DNA of 64,000 nt from a bacterium (GTDB lineage Bacteria; Hinthialibacterota; Hinthialibacteria; Hinthialibacterales; Hinthialibacteraceae): contig CAXXMV010000001.1 of NCBI GenBank assembly GCA_963662285.2, positions 640,001 to 704,000 of the forward strand, in the 5' to 3' direction. Position 1 is the first letter of the stretch; each line of letters begins with the position of its first letter. Below the pieces are notes generated by a model. That model was not told the origin of the DNA. It searched no databases and saw nothing but the letters and a program-made list of their open reading frames with translations. This document shows, in pieces, positions 50,782 to 61,591 of the stretch. A program made the position numbers and the translations under genes.

Positions 50782-50810
50782 GGTGGGTCGATAAGGCCGA
50801 CCCACCCTAC
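50782..50810. repeat. GTAG-type REP palindrome (also 52351-52379; related 55146-55171, 62828-62853)
   Basis: GGTGGGTCG..AAGGC.GACCCACCCTAC and GGGCAACC...GGATTGCCCCTAC, all ending in CTAC. Confidence 0.8.
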
Positions 50811-50906
50811 GCTTAGGTGATTTTATATATTCCCCTCACCCTTTCCCTCTCCCGATGGGAGAGGAGAAATAATTTCGTTGGTGATAGTGTAGCAAAAGAT
50901 TCTTGA

Positions 50907-51575
50907 TTATTGGGTTCCTCCGCCGGTGCGGACTATGATTTCGCCGTTGGATAAGAGTCCATTGGTGGAATCGTAGGGGATGCCCCAGGTTCCATCATCC
51001 ATCTTGCGATCCGGGCCGTATCCCAGCAGCACCCATTCGTTGGTTCGCAGAGGACGGACGCCGAACATGTTGGTTTTGTTGTTCTTGGGATTGTATATCG
51101 GGACATAGAATCCGCCGATATCCGCGTCGAGAATTTCCAGGTCGCCATAGATGTACCAGCGGAAGTTAACGCTATTACCGCCGTGCTTTTCGACGCCCTG
51201 TTTTTCGATGAAGGGATCGGTGGGGATGGATGACATGTAGGAGACCGGCGTGGTCAATGGAGCGAAGACATCCAGGCTGGTGCGTTGGAGTTGATTACTC
51301 TGGAAACCGGCGCCGTTGAATGTTTCGTTGATTCGCTTGGTTCCCCATTCGTAGTCGTCGTCCCACAGATCGATCAGCATAACGCTTTTATCGGCGCGCA
51401 GCATTTCGATGGAGGTTCCCAGGTTCTTCATATCGGCGTAGCTGCGGGCGATTTTGGCGCGGATCTGGGCGTTGATGAAGTTGGGAACCGCGATAGCCGC
51501 CAGGATGCCAATGATTGCCACGACAATGAGCAACTCGATCAATGTGAATCCTCTATAACTGCGCTTATCATACAT
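50907..51575 (-). CDS. Prepilin-type N-terminal cleavage/methylation domain protein
   Basis: GFTLIELLIVVAIIGILAAIAVPNF; C-terminal GPD...YDSTNG..SNGEI. Confidence 0.92.
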   Translation of the reverse strand: MYDKRSYRGFTLIELLIVVAIIGILAAIAVPNFINAQIRAKIARSYADMKNLGTSIEMLRADKSVMLIDLWDDDYEWGTKRINETFNGAGFQSNQLQRTSLDVFAPLTTPVSYMSSIPTDPFIEKQGVEKHGGNSVNFRWYIYGDLEILDADIGGFYVPIYNPKNNKTNMFGVRPLRTNEWVLLGYGPDRKMDDGTWGIPYDSTNGLLSNGEIIVRTGGGTQ

Positions 51576-51742
51576 AATGACTTAATTCCTGTTAGTATTG
51601 GATTGAATACAATGCCTTCGATAGATCATCCACTATTCATGGCATTAATTCAAGCAAAAAAGCAGCCTGCCATGCAACCTTTGGCCAGGTTGATGGGGAT
51701 GCAGAAGACGTATTTTGGTTAATTCAGGTCATGATTGACCCG

Positions 51743-52114
51743 TTATGCCAGTTTTCTGTTGCGCAAGAATTGGTTGAGACGCGATTTCTTTTTATTCTTG
51801 TCTGTGCTGCATGTAGAATTTGTGTTATTTGATTCAATATCTTTGAAAATGGTTGCGCCAGTGTTAAGCATGTTTTGTACGTCAGAGGATTTGTTCAGAC
51901 TCTGGTTGGTTTTTACAATGGCGCCGGGATTTTTCTTCATGATCATAATCCGGGTTTTGAGAGAAGAGCAGAACAAACGGAATAATGATTTTGATTCTTT
52001 CTCTTCGGGATTGAATTTTTTCTTCAGAGTATCAGCGATTTTCATGATACAGGCATCGAGAGCATCAAAGACTAACTGATCTAATTCGTTTGTGTTAGAT
52101 GTTGTAGAATTCAT
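51743..52114 (-). CDS. Hypothetical protein
   Basis: AGGAGA RBS; sigma54-type promoter upstream. Confidence 0.55.
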   Translation of the reverse strand: MNSTTSNTNELDQLVFDALDACIMKIADTLKKKFNPEEKESKSLFRLFCSSLKTRIMIMKKNPGAIVKTNQSLNKSSDVQNMLNTGATIFKDIESNNTNSTCSTDKNKKKSRLNQFLRNRKLA

Positions 52115-52172
52115 TTGTCTTCTCCTGATCTTATGATTATTGTTAACCGCTTAAAGCGTTGAAATGTTATAG

Positions 52173-52188
52173 TGCAAGATGCGTGCCA
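52173..52188 (-). promoter_or_regulatory. Sigma54 promoter
   Basis: Minus strand TGGCACGCATCTTGCA, consensus -24/-12. Confidence 0.7.
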
Positions 52189-52440
52189 AATCATGAACAT
52201 TTGTTTATTTGATTTATATCCATCATCCTGCGCATTTGTTGCTATTGGGTGATTGTGCTATGATTCAATGTTGGGTATATAAAAATATTTGGGGGTGGAT
52301 TTTTGGCTTTATCGATGGCAAGGGTGGTATTTTGTTGGGGGTGAATTTTTGGTGGGTCGGTAAGGCTGACCCACCCTACGCTAAGGTATTTGTATATATC
52401 AACCAGCGTAAATTAGAGATCATATTAACTAGGGAGTGTA

Positions 52441-53433
52441 ATGATGAAGAAATTATATGGCAGCCTTGTGTTACTATTTTTATTGTCCGGTTTAACTCAA
52501 AGCGTAGTGGCGCAACCAAAAATGGATATCAAAACCTTTCAGCATAATTTCGGAGTTACCTATCCTAACCAATTGCTGCATCATGATTTCGAATTCTCTA
52601 ACCTGGGCGATAAGCCTTTGATTATCACGCAAGTGACAACCACTTGCGGATGCACGGCGGCTGTTCTGGCGGCGACAACAATAATGCCAAGCGCAACCAG
52701 TATTGTTTCAGTTACCATGATAACCCGTTCACCCATTAAAAAGAGTGAATCGGCTACGCTTCATACCAATGATCCCATGCGTCCCAAAGTGACGCTGGCC
52801 ATTGAAGCCATGGTTCGCAATTTATGGTCATTATCACCCAGTCAATATTTCGTGTTTCCCGATCTTCCTTTCAATGAAGAAAAAAGTATAACTTTGATGT
52901 TAGAGAATGAAGATGAGAAGCCATTCAAGATATTGGCTACCTCGGTCATAGAGCCTGAATTATCCGTATCAGTGGGCGAATTCACAGGCAAGGGGTATCC
53001 CATTACTGTAACCATCAAAGCGGGAACCGAAAAGAAATATATCAACGATCAGGTCTTGATCCAGACAGATCACCCAAAGCAGCCCAAAGTAAGCATACAG
53101 GTTATGGGGCGTATTATTGGTTATATCAAGATAAACCGCAACCGGGTCTTTTTCGGTTCAATGCGAAAAGGCGAAACCAAGAAGATCGTGATTACCGCCA
53201 GTATGACGGATATAGAAAGCAAAAAGAAATTGGAAATTATTGAAGTGCAATCCGATTCCACGTCAATTACAGGGAAAGCAATCGGAACCCGCGGCGATGG
53301 CTTCTTGAACATCGAACTGACTTTCACGGCGCCGGATAAAGCCGGTTACACTACGGGAAACCTATCGTTACATACTAATATTGAAGAAGAGCGGGTCGTT
53401 ACGCTGCCATTTTCAGCGCTAGTGCGTAATTAA
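52441..53433 (+). CDS. DUF1573-domain secreted protein
   Basis: F.FSNLGDKPLII..V.TTCGCT; TND motif; signal peptide. Confidence 0.85.
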   Translation: MMKKLYGSLVLLFLLSGLTQSVVAQPKMDIKTFQHNFGVTYPNQLLHHDFEFSNLGDKPLIITQVTTTCGCTAAVLAATTIMPSATSIVSVTMITRSPIKKSESATLHTNDPMRPKVTLAIEAMVRNLWSLSPSQYFVFPDLPFNEEKSITLMLENEDEKPFKILATSVIEPELSVSVGEFTGKGYPITVTIKAGTEKKYINDQVLIQTDHPKQPKVSIQVMGRIIGYIKINRNRVFFGSMRKGETKKIVITASMTDIESKKKLEIIEVQSDSTSITGKAIGTRGDGFLNIELTFTAPDKAGYTTGNLSLHTNIEEERVVTLPFSALVRN

Positions 53434-53472
53434 AACCACAGTGGCGATGATAAACAATAAAGCAGGAGTTAA

Positions 53473-54465
53473 GTGATGAAAAAGTTTTATTGCAGTATTG
53501 CGTTATTAATTCTATTCGGTGGATTAACTCAAAGCGCATTGGCGCAACCGATATTTGATATAAAAAACACCCAGCACGATTTCGGGACGGCCTACCCGGA
53601 TCAAATGCTGCTCCATAATTTTGAGTTCGCCAATAAGGGTGACAAGCCTTTAATAATCTCTAAAGTAACCACTACTTGCGGTTGCGCTGCGGCCATCCTG
53701 GCGGCGACGACAATTATGCCAAGTGCGACCAGCATTGTTTCGGTAACCATGGTTGCGCATTCACCCGCGAAGAAGAGTGAATCGGCTTATCTTTATACCA
53801 ATGATCCCAAGAATCCTAAAGTAATGCTTGGTCTTGAAGCTTTGATCCGAAATATATGGTCATTTTCTCCAGATCAGTCTTTTAAGTTTTCCGACTTACC
53901 TTTCAATGAAGAAAAAACCATGACCTTGATGTTGGAGAACATAACTAAAACGCCTTTTAAGATATTGGCTACATCGGTGAAGGATCCAGGTTTGTCAGTA
54001 TCGGTGGGTGAATTCACCAGCGAGGGATGCCCCATTACAGTAACGTTGAAAGCGGGAACCGAAAAGAGAAATGTTACCGATCAAGTCTTGATTCAAACAG
54101 ATAATCCAAACCAGCCAAAGATAAACGCTCAAGTTTTGGGACGCGTTGTGGGATATATCAAGTTCGACCGTCAGACTGTTTTTTTCGGATCAATGCGAAA
54201 AGGCGCCACCAAAAAAATGGTCATTACCGCCAGTATGATTGATAATAATAGTATAAAAACATTTCAAATTTTGGATATTCAATCTGATTCCGACAATATT
54301 GAGGGGAAAGTTGTTGGAGTACGAGGCGACGGGTTGTTGAGCATCGAACTAACCTACACCGCTCCCAACAAGTCCGGTTACAGCCGGGGGCTTCTATCTT
54401 TCCACACTAATATTGAAGAAGAGAAGGTCATCACATTACCCTATTCAGCGCAGGTGCGTAATTAA
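53473..54465 (+). CDS. DUF1573-domain secreted protein (tandem paralog)
   Basis: Same length (330 aa) and colinear similarity with the preceding gene; TTCGC. Confidence 0.85.
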   Translation: MMKKFYCSIALLILFGGLTQSALAQPIFDIKNTQHDFGTAYPDQMLLHNFEFANKGDKPLIISKVTTTCGCAAAILAATTIMPSATSIVSVTMVAHSPAKKSESAYLYTNDPKNPKVMLGLEALIRNIWSFSPDQSFKFSDLPFNEEKTMTLMLENITKTPFKILATSVKDPGLSVSVGEFTSEGCPITVTLKAGTEKRNVTDQVLIQTDNPNQPKINAQVLGRVVGYIKFDRQTVFFGSMRKGATKKMVITASMIDNNSIKTFQILDIQSDSDNIEGKVVGVRGDGLLSIELTYTAPNKSGYSRGLLSFHTNIEEEKVITLPYSAQVRN

Positions 54466-54647
54466 AACATACTGAAAATTACGTTAAATACCCGGCATTA
54501 TAATAAGTAAAAGGTCATCCAAATTGTTTTGAATCGCACTAACCTTATACCAAGTGGTTGGATCAAGGGCTGACCGCAATGCAGTCTTGCCCTTGCCACC
54601 CATCAGCGCAGGTGCGTAATTAAAACCTCATACATTCTGAAATTACT

Positions 54648-55112
54648 ATGATAAAAATATTTAAGCAGGCATCGTATATATTAATAATCTCAGTCATCCT
54701 GGGATTAGTGGTTAATGCTTTTTCGAGTAATCCCTTAAGTTTCATCCGTCCACTGGATACGCGTGAGACAGAATACGTCCCACTAAATGCGGATGATGTA
54801 ATGAAGCATATTGAAGAGGGAAGCGCCATAATTGTAGATGCCAGGGAAACTAAATATTTTGAGGAAGGCCGCTTACCGGGCGCCATAAACCTTCCCGCTC
54901 ATCAGTTCGGAGAGTATTTCGCTGAAATTGGAGAATCGCTGCCCCGTGATTATCCCCTGATTATTTACTGCCAGGGCAGCCCATGCGATGAGAGTTTAGA
55001 TGTGCTGGAAAATCTCAAGTTATTGGAATTCGAGAAACTATACCTATATCCCGGCGGATGGCAGGAATGGACTAATAAGGGTTTAATGGTCGAATCTGAT
55101 CAAATGCCTTGA
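54648..55112 (+). CDS. Rhodanese-like domain protein
   Basis: IVDAR...GRLPGAIN, IIYC, GGWQEW. Confidence 0.9.
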   Translation: MIKIFKQASYILIISVILGLVVNAFSSNPLSFIRPLDTRETEYVPLNADDVMKHIEEGSAIIVDARETKYFEEGRLPGAINLPAHQFGEYFAEIGESLPRDYPLIIYCQGSPCDESLDVLENLKLLEFEKLYLYPGGWQEWTNKGLMVESDQMP

Positions 55113-55282
55113 TGTGGTTGATTTCAACAACGGGTATTCAACATCGGGCAACCATGAAGGATTGCCCCTACGGTATTGGGGGAGAGGTTTGATACCGGGG
55201 GTGGATTTTTGATGAGTCGGTGAGGCGTGATCCACCCTACGCTTTGGTGGATTATTGTTTTAGGGTGTTTTTTTTGATTGCT

Positions 55283-56671
55283 TTAATGTACTACCTGTTT
55301 AAGGAAGAGGTCGTACATGCCGTCGAATTTGGGGCTGTCTTTTTTGGTGTGACATTGGGCGCATAGTTTTTTGTCTGGCGTACGGCGGATGATCCCCAAG
55401 CCGTATTCATCTACATGCTTCTTGCCCGGTCCGTGGCAGGTCTCGCATTGCACATGGAATAAATCTTTGGATAATGGTTGAAACTTGAAACCCTTTTTAT
55501 GTCCGAATCCGGTGACATGGCATTGGGCGCATTGCGGCGCCCAATGGCGATTGACATTCAATAATTGGTTATAGGTGTAGGAGTGTTTGGTTTTCCGCCA
55601 TTGTTCGTATTGTTCAATATGACAATTCTTACATGTTTTGACTCCCATATAGCCATTGTAAGCATCCTTTTCCATATCCAAATTCATAAGCACTGGAACT
55701 GTTGTCAACTCCAGTTTAAGTTCGGAAGTCATCGCTGCATAAGAATTGTTCAGAAACTCGCGCATGGCGGGATTAGCGTATTGTCCGGGATTAAGAGATA
55801 CGCGGTTATAAGCGGGATTAACGATTCCTACGCCTTTCACAACATCGAATGTTATTGCACCCAGCGCCCGGCCTTTTGACGGAGCGTTAGCCAGGTAGCA
55901 ATCACCGACTTTTTCCAGTTTGACGCCGAAATCGAGTGCAATAACCAGGTCAATTTTCGGCCCCTTATAGTTTGACAGCCATTGTTTGGCGATAGGAGGC
56001 GGTTCGTGAGCGAGCAGAACCACAGCATCCACTTTTTCTATGGAACGTAATTTTTCAACTGCTGGAGTAATGCTGGACGTTGCTGGCGTGAAAACAAATT
56101 CCTGATTTACACGAAAGGTTTTTGTTTTAAGCGAAGAAGCGCCGATGATTCCAATCTTCACACTACCTATTTCTTTAACAATGTATGGATGAATCCAGTC
56201 AGGGGAATCTTTGATATTAGCGCCCAGTAATAATTCCCGCGCCGGAAGGTTCGACTTAAAGAACTTTGAGCCGAACATTAGATCATCTGATCCAAGCAGA
56301 ACCGCGTCGTAATTCATCATATTCATGGCAGCCAGATTGACTGCGCCGATGGCTGAATCAACTTTATTTTCATTAGGAAGGGAAAAATTGGACTTAGCGT
56401 TTTTTTTAATATCGGGCATAAAACCGCCTAAATCGACCAAGAGAGAATGGGGATTCATTTCCCTGGCGCTTTCCATAAATCCAGCACGCGCTTCAAGCCC
56501 TCCTTCGATAGAGGCGCAGCCGCATTGTTCAAAAAGGCTCTTGGTTTTGCTGGTGGCATAGATAGTAACTGTCTCGGACCATACGCATTGAATTAGGGAA
56601 AACATACAAAAAACCATGATGTAAAGATGACGCATATTAAAAAAATCCTGCTTGTTTGGAGTGGATGACAT
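55283..56671 (-). CDS. 5'-nucleotidase-like N-terminal domain fused to a tetraheme cytochrome c (c554-like)
   Basis: CGC...GGLEAR N-terminus; four CxxCH motifs (CKNCH, CAQCH, CETCH, CAQCH). Confidence 0.82.
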   Translation of the reverse strand: MSSTPNKQDFFNMRHLYIMVFCMFSLIQCVWSETVTIYATSKTKSLFEQCGCASIEGGLEARAGFMESAREMNPHSLLVDLGGFMPDIKKNAKSNFSLPNENKVDSAIGAVNLAAMNMMNYDAVLLGSDDLMFGSKFFKSNLPARELLLGANIKDSPDWIHPYIVKEIGSVKIGIIGASSLKTKTFRVNQEFVFTPATSSITPAVEKLRSIEKVDAVVLLAHEPPPIAKQWLSNYKGPKIDLVIALDFGVKLEKVGDCYLANAPSKGRALGAITFDVVKGVGIVNPAYNRVSLNPGQYANPAMREFLNNSYAAMTSELKLELTTVPVLMNLDMEKDAYNGYMGVKTCKNCHIEQYEQWRKTKHSYTYNQLLNVNRHWAPQCAQCHVTGFGHKKGFKFQPLSKDLFHVQCETCHGPGKKHVDEYGLGIIRRTPDKKLCAQCHTKKDSPKFDGMYDLFLKQVVH

Positions 56672-56956
56672 GAAAACCTATGTAATATCGTTTATCTTAA
56701 GATGTATAAAAGTCGCCCTCACCCTAGCCCTCACTCCCGGTGGGAGAGGGGAATTGTTTTCGGGGGTGAATTTTGCTGGGGGTAGATTAGTCTAAGCACA
56801 ACCCCCTCTAACTCCCCTCAGGCTTGGGGGGAGAATTCTATCACCAATGTTTTGTATAAAGCATAGTTATTTCTTATCTATCCATATAGTTTATAATTAC
56901 AAATGTAATTATAAACCAATACTAAGAGAATGTTGAGAAGCGTCTGGGGTAGGATA

Positions 56957-57796
56957 TCAGCGGGCTATTTCGACTACCTGTCCGGGGTAATGCTGGATAG
57001 AGATGGGTTTCTCTCCTATAAGCGACCAACGCTGTTCGTTCGCTCCGGCTTCTTCGATGGCGCGTTCATAATCGTGATCGGTGAAACCATAATCCAAGGC
57101 GCGACCTATATTTGCCGATGGGAGGAATCCGACATTAGATTTTTCCTCTTCATTAACGAAAAAATAGCATTGCAACTGTTCTTTACCGCTGATATATAGG
57201 CTCAAGTTCCTATCGACGCTGATATCCAAAACATAATCGATCTGCGCCGCTTCGACTTCAGCGCAAGGGGTACGATGATGCAGCACCATGTGGGCGCGGT
57301 CGCCATCAGCTTGAGTGAGTCCATAAACATAACAACGCGCCCCGGGGAAATATTGCAGAAATTCATGCGCCCGTGGAGATGAGATAGCAATCTTATATAT
57401 TTCTTTGGGATTAATTTCTACACGCCGTTCTTTTGATCGCTTGCGCCCGACAGACATTGTTGGAATAATGACGCCAACAAATACCGCAATGCCCATAGTA
57501 GGCCATAGCGGAGTATCGAACCAATAACATGGGATAGTCACCAAAATTATTACGGTCGCCGCCATAGCGATATATTTATCCTTGGCCAGCGAGGCGGGAG
57601 TTCTTTTATCCCAATTCAGCAGCATATCGATGGGCCACCAGAAGAAGATAAAACCAAGCAGCGTGAAATATATCTTGTAATATATCGAGGGAATTTCAGG
57701 CATTAAATTGCTAACCTGAAGGATTATGCTCATGAAGAACATGAAGACCGATAATCCTATACAAATAAGTATTATGTTTGGAGACAATCTAATCAT
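56957..57796 (-). CDS. Hypothetical membrane protein
   Basis: About four N-terminal TM segments plus a soluble C-terminal domain. Confidence 0.65.
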   Translation of the reverse strand: MIRLSPNIILICIGLSVFMFFMSIILQVSNLMPEIPSIYYKIYFTLLGFIFFWWPIDMLLNWDKRTPASLAKDKYIAMAATVIILVTIPCYWFDTPLWPTMGIAVFVGVIIPTMSVGRKRSKERRVEINPKEIYKIAISSPRAHEFLQYFPGARCYVYGLTQADGDRAHMVLHHRTPCAEVEAAQIDYVLDISVDRNLSLYISGKEQLQCYFFVNEEEKSNVGFLPSANIGRALDYGFTDHDYERAIEEAGANEQRWSLIGEKPISIQHYPGQVVEIAR

Positions 57797-57893
57797 GATA
57801 GTGTAAAATAAACGTATGAAATCGATTTTTGTTACTAAAAGATTTTTTTTACTATTCCGTAATATACTAATAAATCATTAAATAATAATCTTT

Positions 57894-59222
57894 ATGAGGA
57901 TAATAATGGATTTAGAGCATGATCGTCAATCAGTAATGACCAAAACTTCATTTAATTGGAGCGACAGGTTCTCTGAAATCGCTCAACGGACTGCGCCCCC
58001 ACAGATAAGCTGGCTTATGGCGCAAGCCTTGGAAACTCCGGGGCTTATCTCTTTGGCGGCAGGTTTTGTTGATCAAAAATCTCTGCCTCATAAGCAAATT
58101 GCTGAAGTGATGCGGCAAATGTTACTCGATCCTCACAGCGGTCAGGCGGCTTTGCAATATGGCACGACTCAGGGCGACCTGGATTTGCGCACCCTTTTGG
58201 TGGATCACTTAAGAGAGGAAGACGCTTTTCACCCGGATGCACAGATTTCCCCTGAGCATTGCATTATTGGTTCAGGATCGCAACAGATTTTGTATCTGGC
58301 GGCGGAAGCATTGTTGAATCAAGATGATATCGTATTGATGGAGGCGCCAACCTATTTTGTGGTATTGGGCGTTTTTCAATCACGCGGAGCGCGTACGGTC
58401 GGCATTGATACAGATAAATACGGGCTGGTTCCAGAAAAATTAGAGCAATGCCTGGAGACGCTTAAAATTGCGGGTCAATTATCCCGCATTAAAATGCTTT
58501 ACCTGATGTCTTACTCGACTAATCCACTGGGCGTCACGCTGACGCAGGAACGGCGCAAAGCCATTTTCTCTATACTGCAACGTTATAAAGATGACGGTTT
58601 TCCCATTCTTTTAGTGGAGGACGCCGCATATAAAAGGCTGGTTTTTGATGATGATAGCCCGGTTCCTATAAAATCTGATGACGAAGATAATGATCAGATT
58701 CTATATACCGAGTCGTTCTCAAAATCACTGTCTCCCGGATTCCGTCTGGGGTTCGGCATAGGGCCAAAATCATTAATCGATAAAATGACTGACTTGAAAG
58801 GCAATCATGATTTCGGCAGCGGTAATTTCGCGCAACACGCCCTGAAATCAGTGATTCAATCGGGATTATTCGACCGTCATCTGGATATCATCAAGCAAAT
58901 TTACCACCAGAAACGCGATGCGGCGTTGGAGACGCTCAAGCAACATTTCCCGGCGGACGCCAGGATACTGCACCCTAACGGGGGATTGTATATCTGGATC
59001 ACTCTGCCCGATCACCTGGACACCGGCCCCCAGGGAGAGATTTTCAAAGCGGCGCTGGAAGAGAAAGTTCTCTACGTACCGGGCTGTTTATGCTATTCGC
59101 CGGACCGCCCTGAATCGCGCAGATCATCTTCTATACGTTTATCTTACGGCATGATTGATCAAGAACCATTGCGCGAAGCCTGTATACGTTTGGGGAAGGC
59201 TTTACAGAGGTTTGTGGGGTAG
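57894..59222 (+). CDS. PLP-dependent class I/II aminotransferase (LysN/ARO8-like)
   Basis: ISLAAG, LQYG, GSQQ, NPLG, EDAAY, SFSKSLSPGFRLG. Confidence 0.92.
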   Translation: MRIIMDLEHDRQSVMTKTSFNWSDRFSEIAQRTAPPQISWLMAQALETPGLISLAAGFVDQKSLPHKQIAEVMRQMLLDPHSGQAALQYGTTQGDLDLRTLLVDHLREEDAFHPDAQISPEHCIIGSGSQQILYLAAEALLNQDDIVLMEAPTYFVVLGVFQSRGARTVGIDTDKYGLVPEKLEQCLETLKIAGQLSRIKMLYLMSYSTNPLGVTLTQERRKAIFSILQRYKDDGFPILLVEDAAYKRLVFDDDSPVPIKSDDEDNDQILYTESFSKSLSPGFRLGFGIGPKSLIDKMTDLKGNHDFGSGNFAQHALKSVIQSGLFDRHLDIIKQIYHQKRDAALETLKQHFPADARILHPNGGLYIWITLPDHLDTGPQGEIFKAALEEKVLYVPGCLCYSPDRPESRRSSSIRLSYGMIDQEPLREACIRLGKALQRFVG

Positions 59223-59413
59223 GGATTTAGTTTGAATCTGGATACGCTGGATTTATTGGATTTTTTGGTTGCGAAGTTATTGTAGATACATCCTTCATTG
59301 GCAATGTCATTAAGTTAAGGATTTTTACCCTATCGTTGGTGGTTTGATCAAGGGTTGACCGCATTGCAGTCATGCCCTTGGCACCCGGCAGGATGCTTAT
59401 TACCAAGAATTAT

Positions 59414-59447
59414 AAAGAAGAGGAAGAATAGGTTCTCCCTCTTCTTT
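59414..59447. terminator. Putative bidirectional terminator between convergent genes
   Basis: AAAGAAGAGG/CCTCTTCTTT stem. Confidence 0.55.
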
Positions 59448-59466
59448 GAATTAACTTAAAAGAGAA

Positions 59467-60249
59467 TCAGTACAGAGACCAATTGGAAATCGATGTTGGT
59501 CCGAAAACGACTATGTTATCAATGATGCATTGGTTGCCTTCAAAGGTAGCATCTGAAACATCTTCCCACAATGCTAAGCAGTTGAGACCTTCGTTTTCGG
59601 CGCTGGGCAAGCGGCGAAAACCGAAGTCCCGGGCTATTTCAATCTCTTGTTCGCCTTCACGCTGAGCATACACAGTGTAGATCCAATCTTGAATATTGAT
59701 TTCAGCCCGCATAAATATTTTGACGCCGTCCTGGTATTTAACTTCGTTGGTAATTGAATAACTTCCGCCGCCATCCCAATCGCCATCACGCACGTCAATG
59801 ACGCCCTCGCCATTGGCCAAGTCGTGGGTCATGCGAATCATGGCGCCTTGTTCGTTCCAGGTTAAGTCTGGATTACTATCAAGATTGAAATTCGCCGAAT
59901 CGCTGAAGTTTATTCCCGTATCGACCATGCCGTCGGCCGGTCCAACATAGCGCCAATCCCATGTTGCGGTGATGGATTCCTTTTGTAGGGGAAACATGAT
60001 GTATACCCATTTTGAGCCGCTAAGATCAACTGTTGTAACCAGGGCTTCATCGACCAATTCAAAATTAACTGCTGGAGTATTGGCAACTCCATCAACCCAC
60101 AATTCGGATGCACCAGCGGGTTGATCCACTAATAGTCCATCTGTGTATCCTTCGGCGCTGGAGAAATCTGCTGAAAAAATCACTTGCGCGTGTACATTTG
60201 CGACGCATAACGCTAAAGACATAAGACTGTATACCAATATCCTTTTCAT
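59467..60249 (-). CDS. Secreted hypothetical beta-rich protein
   Basis: Signal peptide (VHA-Q); acidic; ends TSISNWSLY. Confidence 0.7.
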   Translation of the reverse strand: MKRILVYSLMSLALCVANVHAQVIFSADFSSAEGYTDGLLVDQPAGASELWVDGVANTPAVNFELVDEALVTTVDLSGSKWVYIMFPLQKESITATWDWRYVGPADGMVDTGINFSDSANFNLDSNPDLTWNEQGAMIRMTHDLANGEGVIDVRDGDWDGGGSYSITNEVKYQDGVKIFMRAEINIQDWIYTVYAQREGEQEIEIARDFGFRRLPSAENEGLNCLALWEDVSDATFEGNQCIIDNIVVFGPTSISNWSLY

Positions 60250-60433
60250 GCTCCTTTTTCTCCTTATGTTTAATGAATAAGAGACTCTAATTCAATTGAT
60301 CATATCAAATAATACAAAAAAATAAAATGGGAGATTGCAAAAATATTTTGATGAGCCTTAATTTTGCAGTTCATCAGATTTTCATATATTTTTAGGCGCA
60401 TTTATCCAACTGCTACATCGTCTGCATTTAATG

Positions 60434-61366
60434 CTACTTTTCTAATGGAACGGGGGCTGGTTGAGGTTTTCCTCTAGTGGCTTTGCCGTGGAGGACGCCT
60501 TTATCGTCAAACCATAGTGGATCGATGCAGATGAAGCGGTTCCAGGGCTTGGTATCATCCTTCTGCTGGTGGTAGACCGACCATAATTTGCCCGCCCCGT
60601 CTTTGACGACGCAGCCGTGTCCCGGCCCGAAGGCGTCATCGTTGCGCTGGACGATGGGGTTGCCGGGGTGTTTGATAAATGGTCCGGTGGGGCTTTTGGA
60701 TGTTGCATAACCAATGGCGTAATTGAGCGAATTGGCGCCGGTGCCTGAATAGAGCAGGTAGTAGGTTCCCTGGTGTTTCAACATCCAGGGACCTTCGGTG
60801 ACGTGACCGCTGATTTTTTCCCAGGGTTCGGTGGGGTGAATAATTTCGATGGGGTTGCCATGTTTCTTGAGGGGCGTCTCCATTTTCTGGACGTGGATGC
60901 GGAATCCGGGGAATTGGACGTAGTAGAGATAGTATTGACCGTCAACGTCGCAGAACATGTGGGCGTCGATGGCGTTTTCGTATAGGGGAGCTTGATCCAC
61001 AAAGGTTCCATCGGGACGGTCAGCGACCGCGACGCCGATGTTTTCGCTGACGGTGTAATAGAGATAGAACTTGCCGTCTTTGGGATCGTGGAAAACATCC
61101 GGCGCCCAGACGCCTTTCGGCCCCGGCTGAAAGACACGCTTACCTTTGGTCCAATGCACCAGATCGGTTGAGGTGTAGACGTGATAACTGACGTTGTCGC
61201 CAGTGGGGTACATATAATAGACGCCCTCGAATTGCACGATGGTGGGATCGGCGGGGCCGATTTCATCAATCACCGGATTGGTATAGGTTTCTGCGGCGGT
61301 GGAGTCGAGGGCTACGAGATTGATCAGAGCTAGTAATACTACGACAACAAGGATTTGTTTTTTCAT
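60434..61366 (-). CDS. Glycoside hydrolase family 43 protein
   Basis: NPV...ADP, STDLVHW, WAPD, AIDAH, EGP, GPGH. Confidence 0.92.
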   Translation of the reverse strand: MKKQILVVVVLLALINLVALDSTAAETYTNPVIDEIGPADPTIVQFEGVYYMYPTGDNVSYHVYTSTDLVHWTKGKRVFQPGPKGVWAPDVFHDPKDGKFYLYYTVSENIGVAVADRPDGTFVDQAPLYENAIDAHMFCDVDGQYYLYYVQFPGFRIHVQKMETPLKKHGNPIEIIHPTEPWEKISGHVTEGPWMLKHQGTYYLLYSGTGANSLNYAIGYATSKSPTGPFIKHPGNPIVQRNDDAFGPGHGCVVKDGAGKLWSVYHQQKDDTKPWNRFICIDPLWFDDKGVLHGKATRGKPQPAPVPLEK

Positions 61367-61591
61367 TTTAGGATACCTGTGTTAGAGATGGGTTATTTTA
61401 CATCGCAGGAGTTGGATTGTGGAAGGTTGCTTGTAGTCTGAATCTGGATATGCAGGATTTAAGGATGAGCAGGATTCTTATTATTATTGGGTATTTTTTT
61501 GTATGAGGTTCATTGGTTTACGCGGGTGATTCTTATCAACGCCTGGGCGCTAAGGGCAAGACCGTGAAGCAGTCTCGCCCTCTCTAGTATT

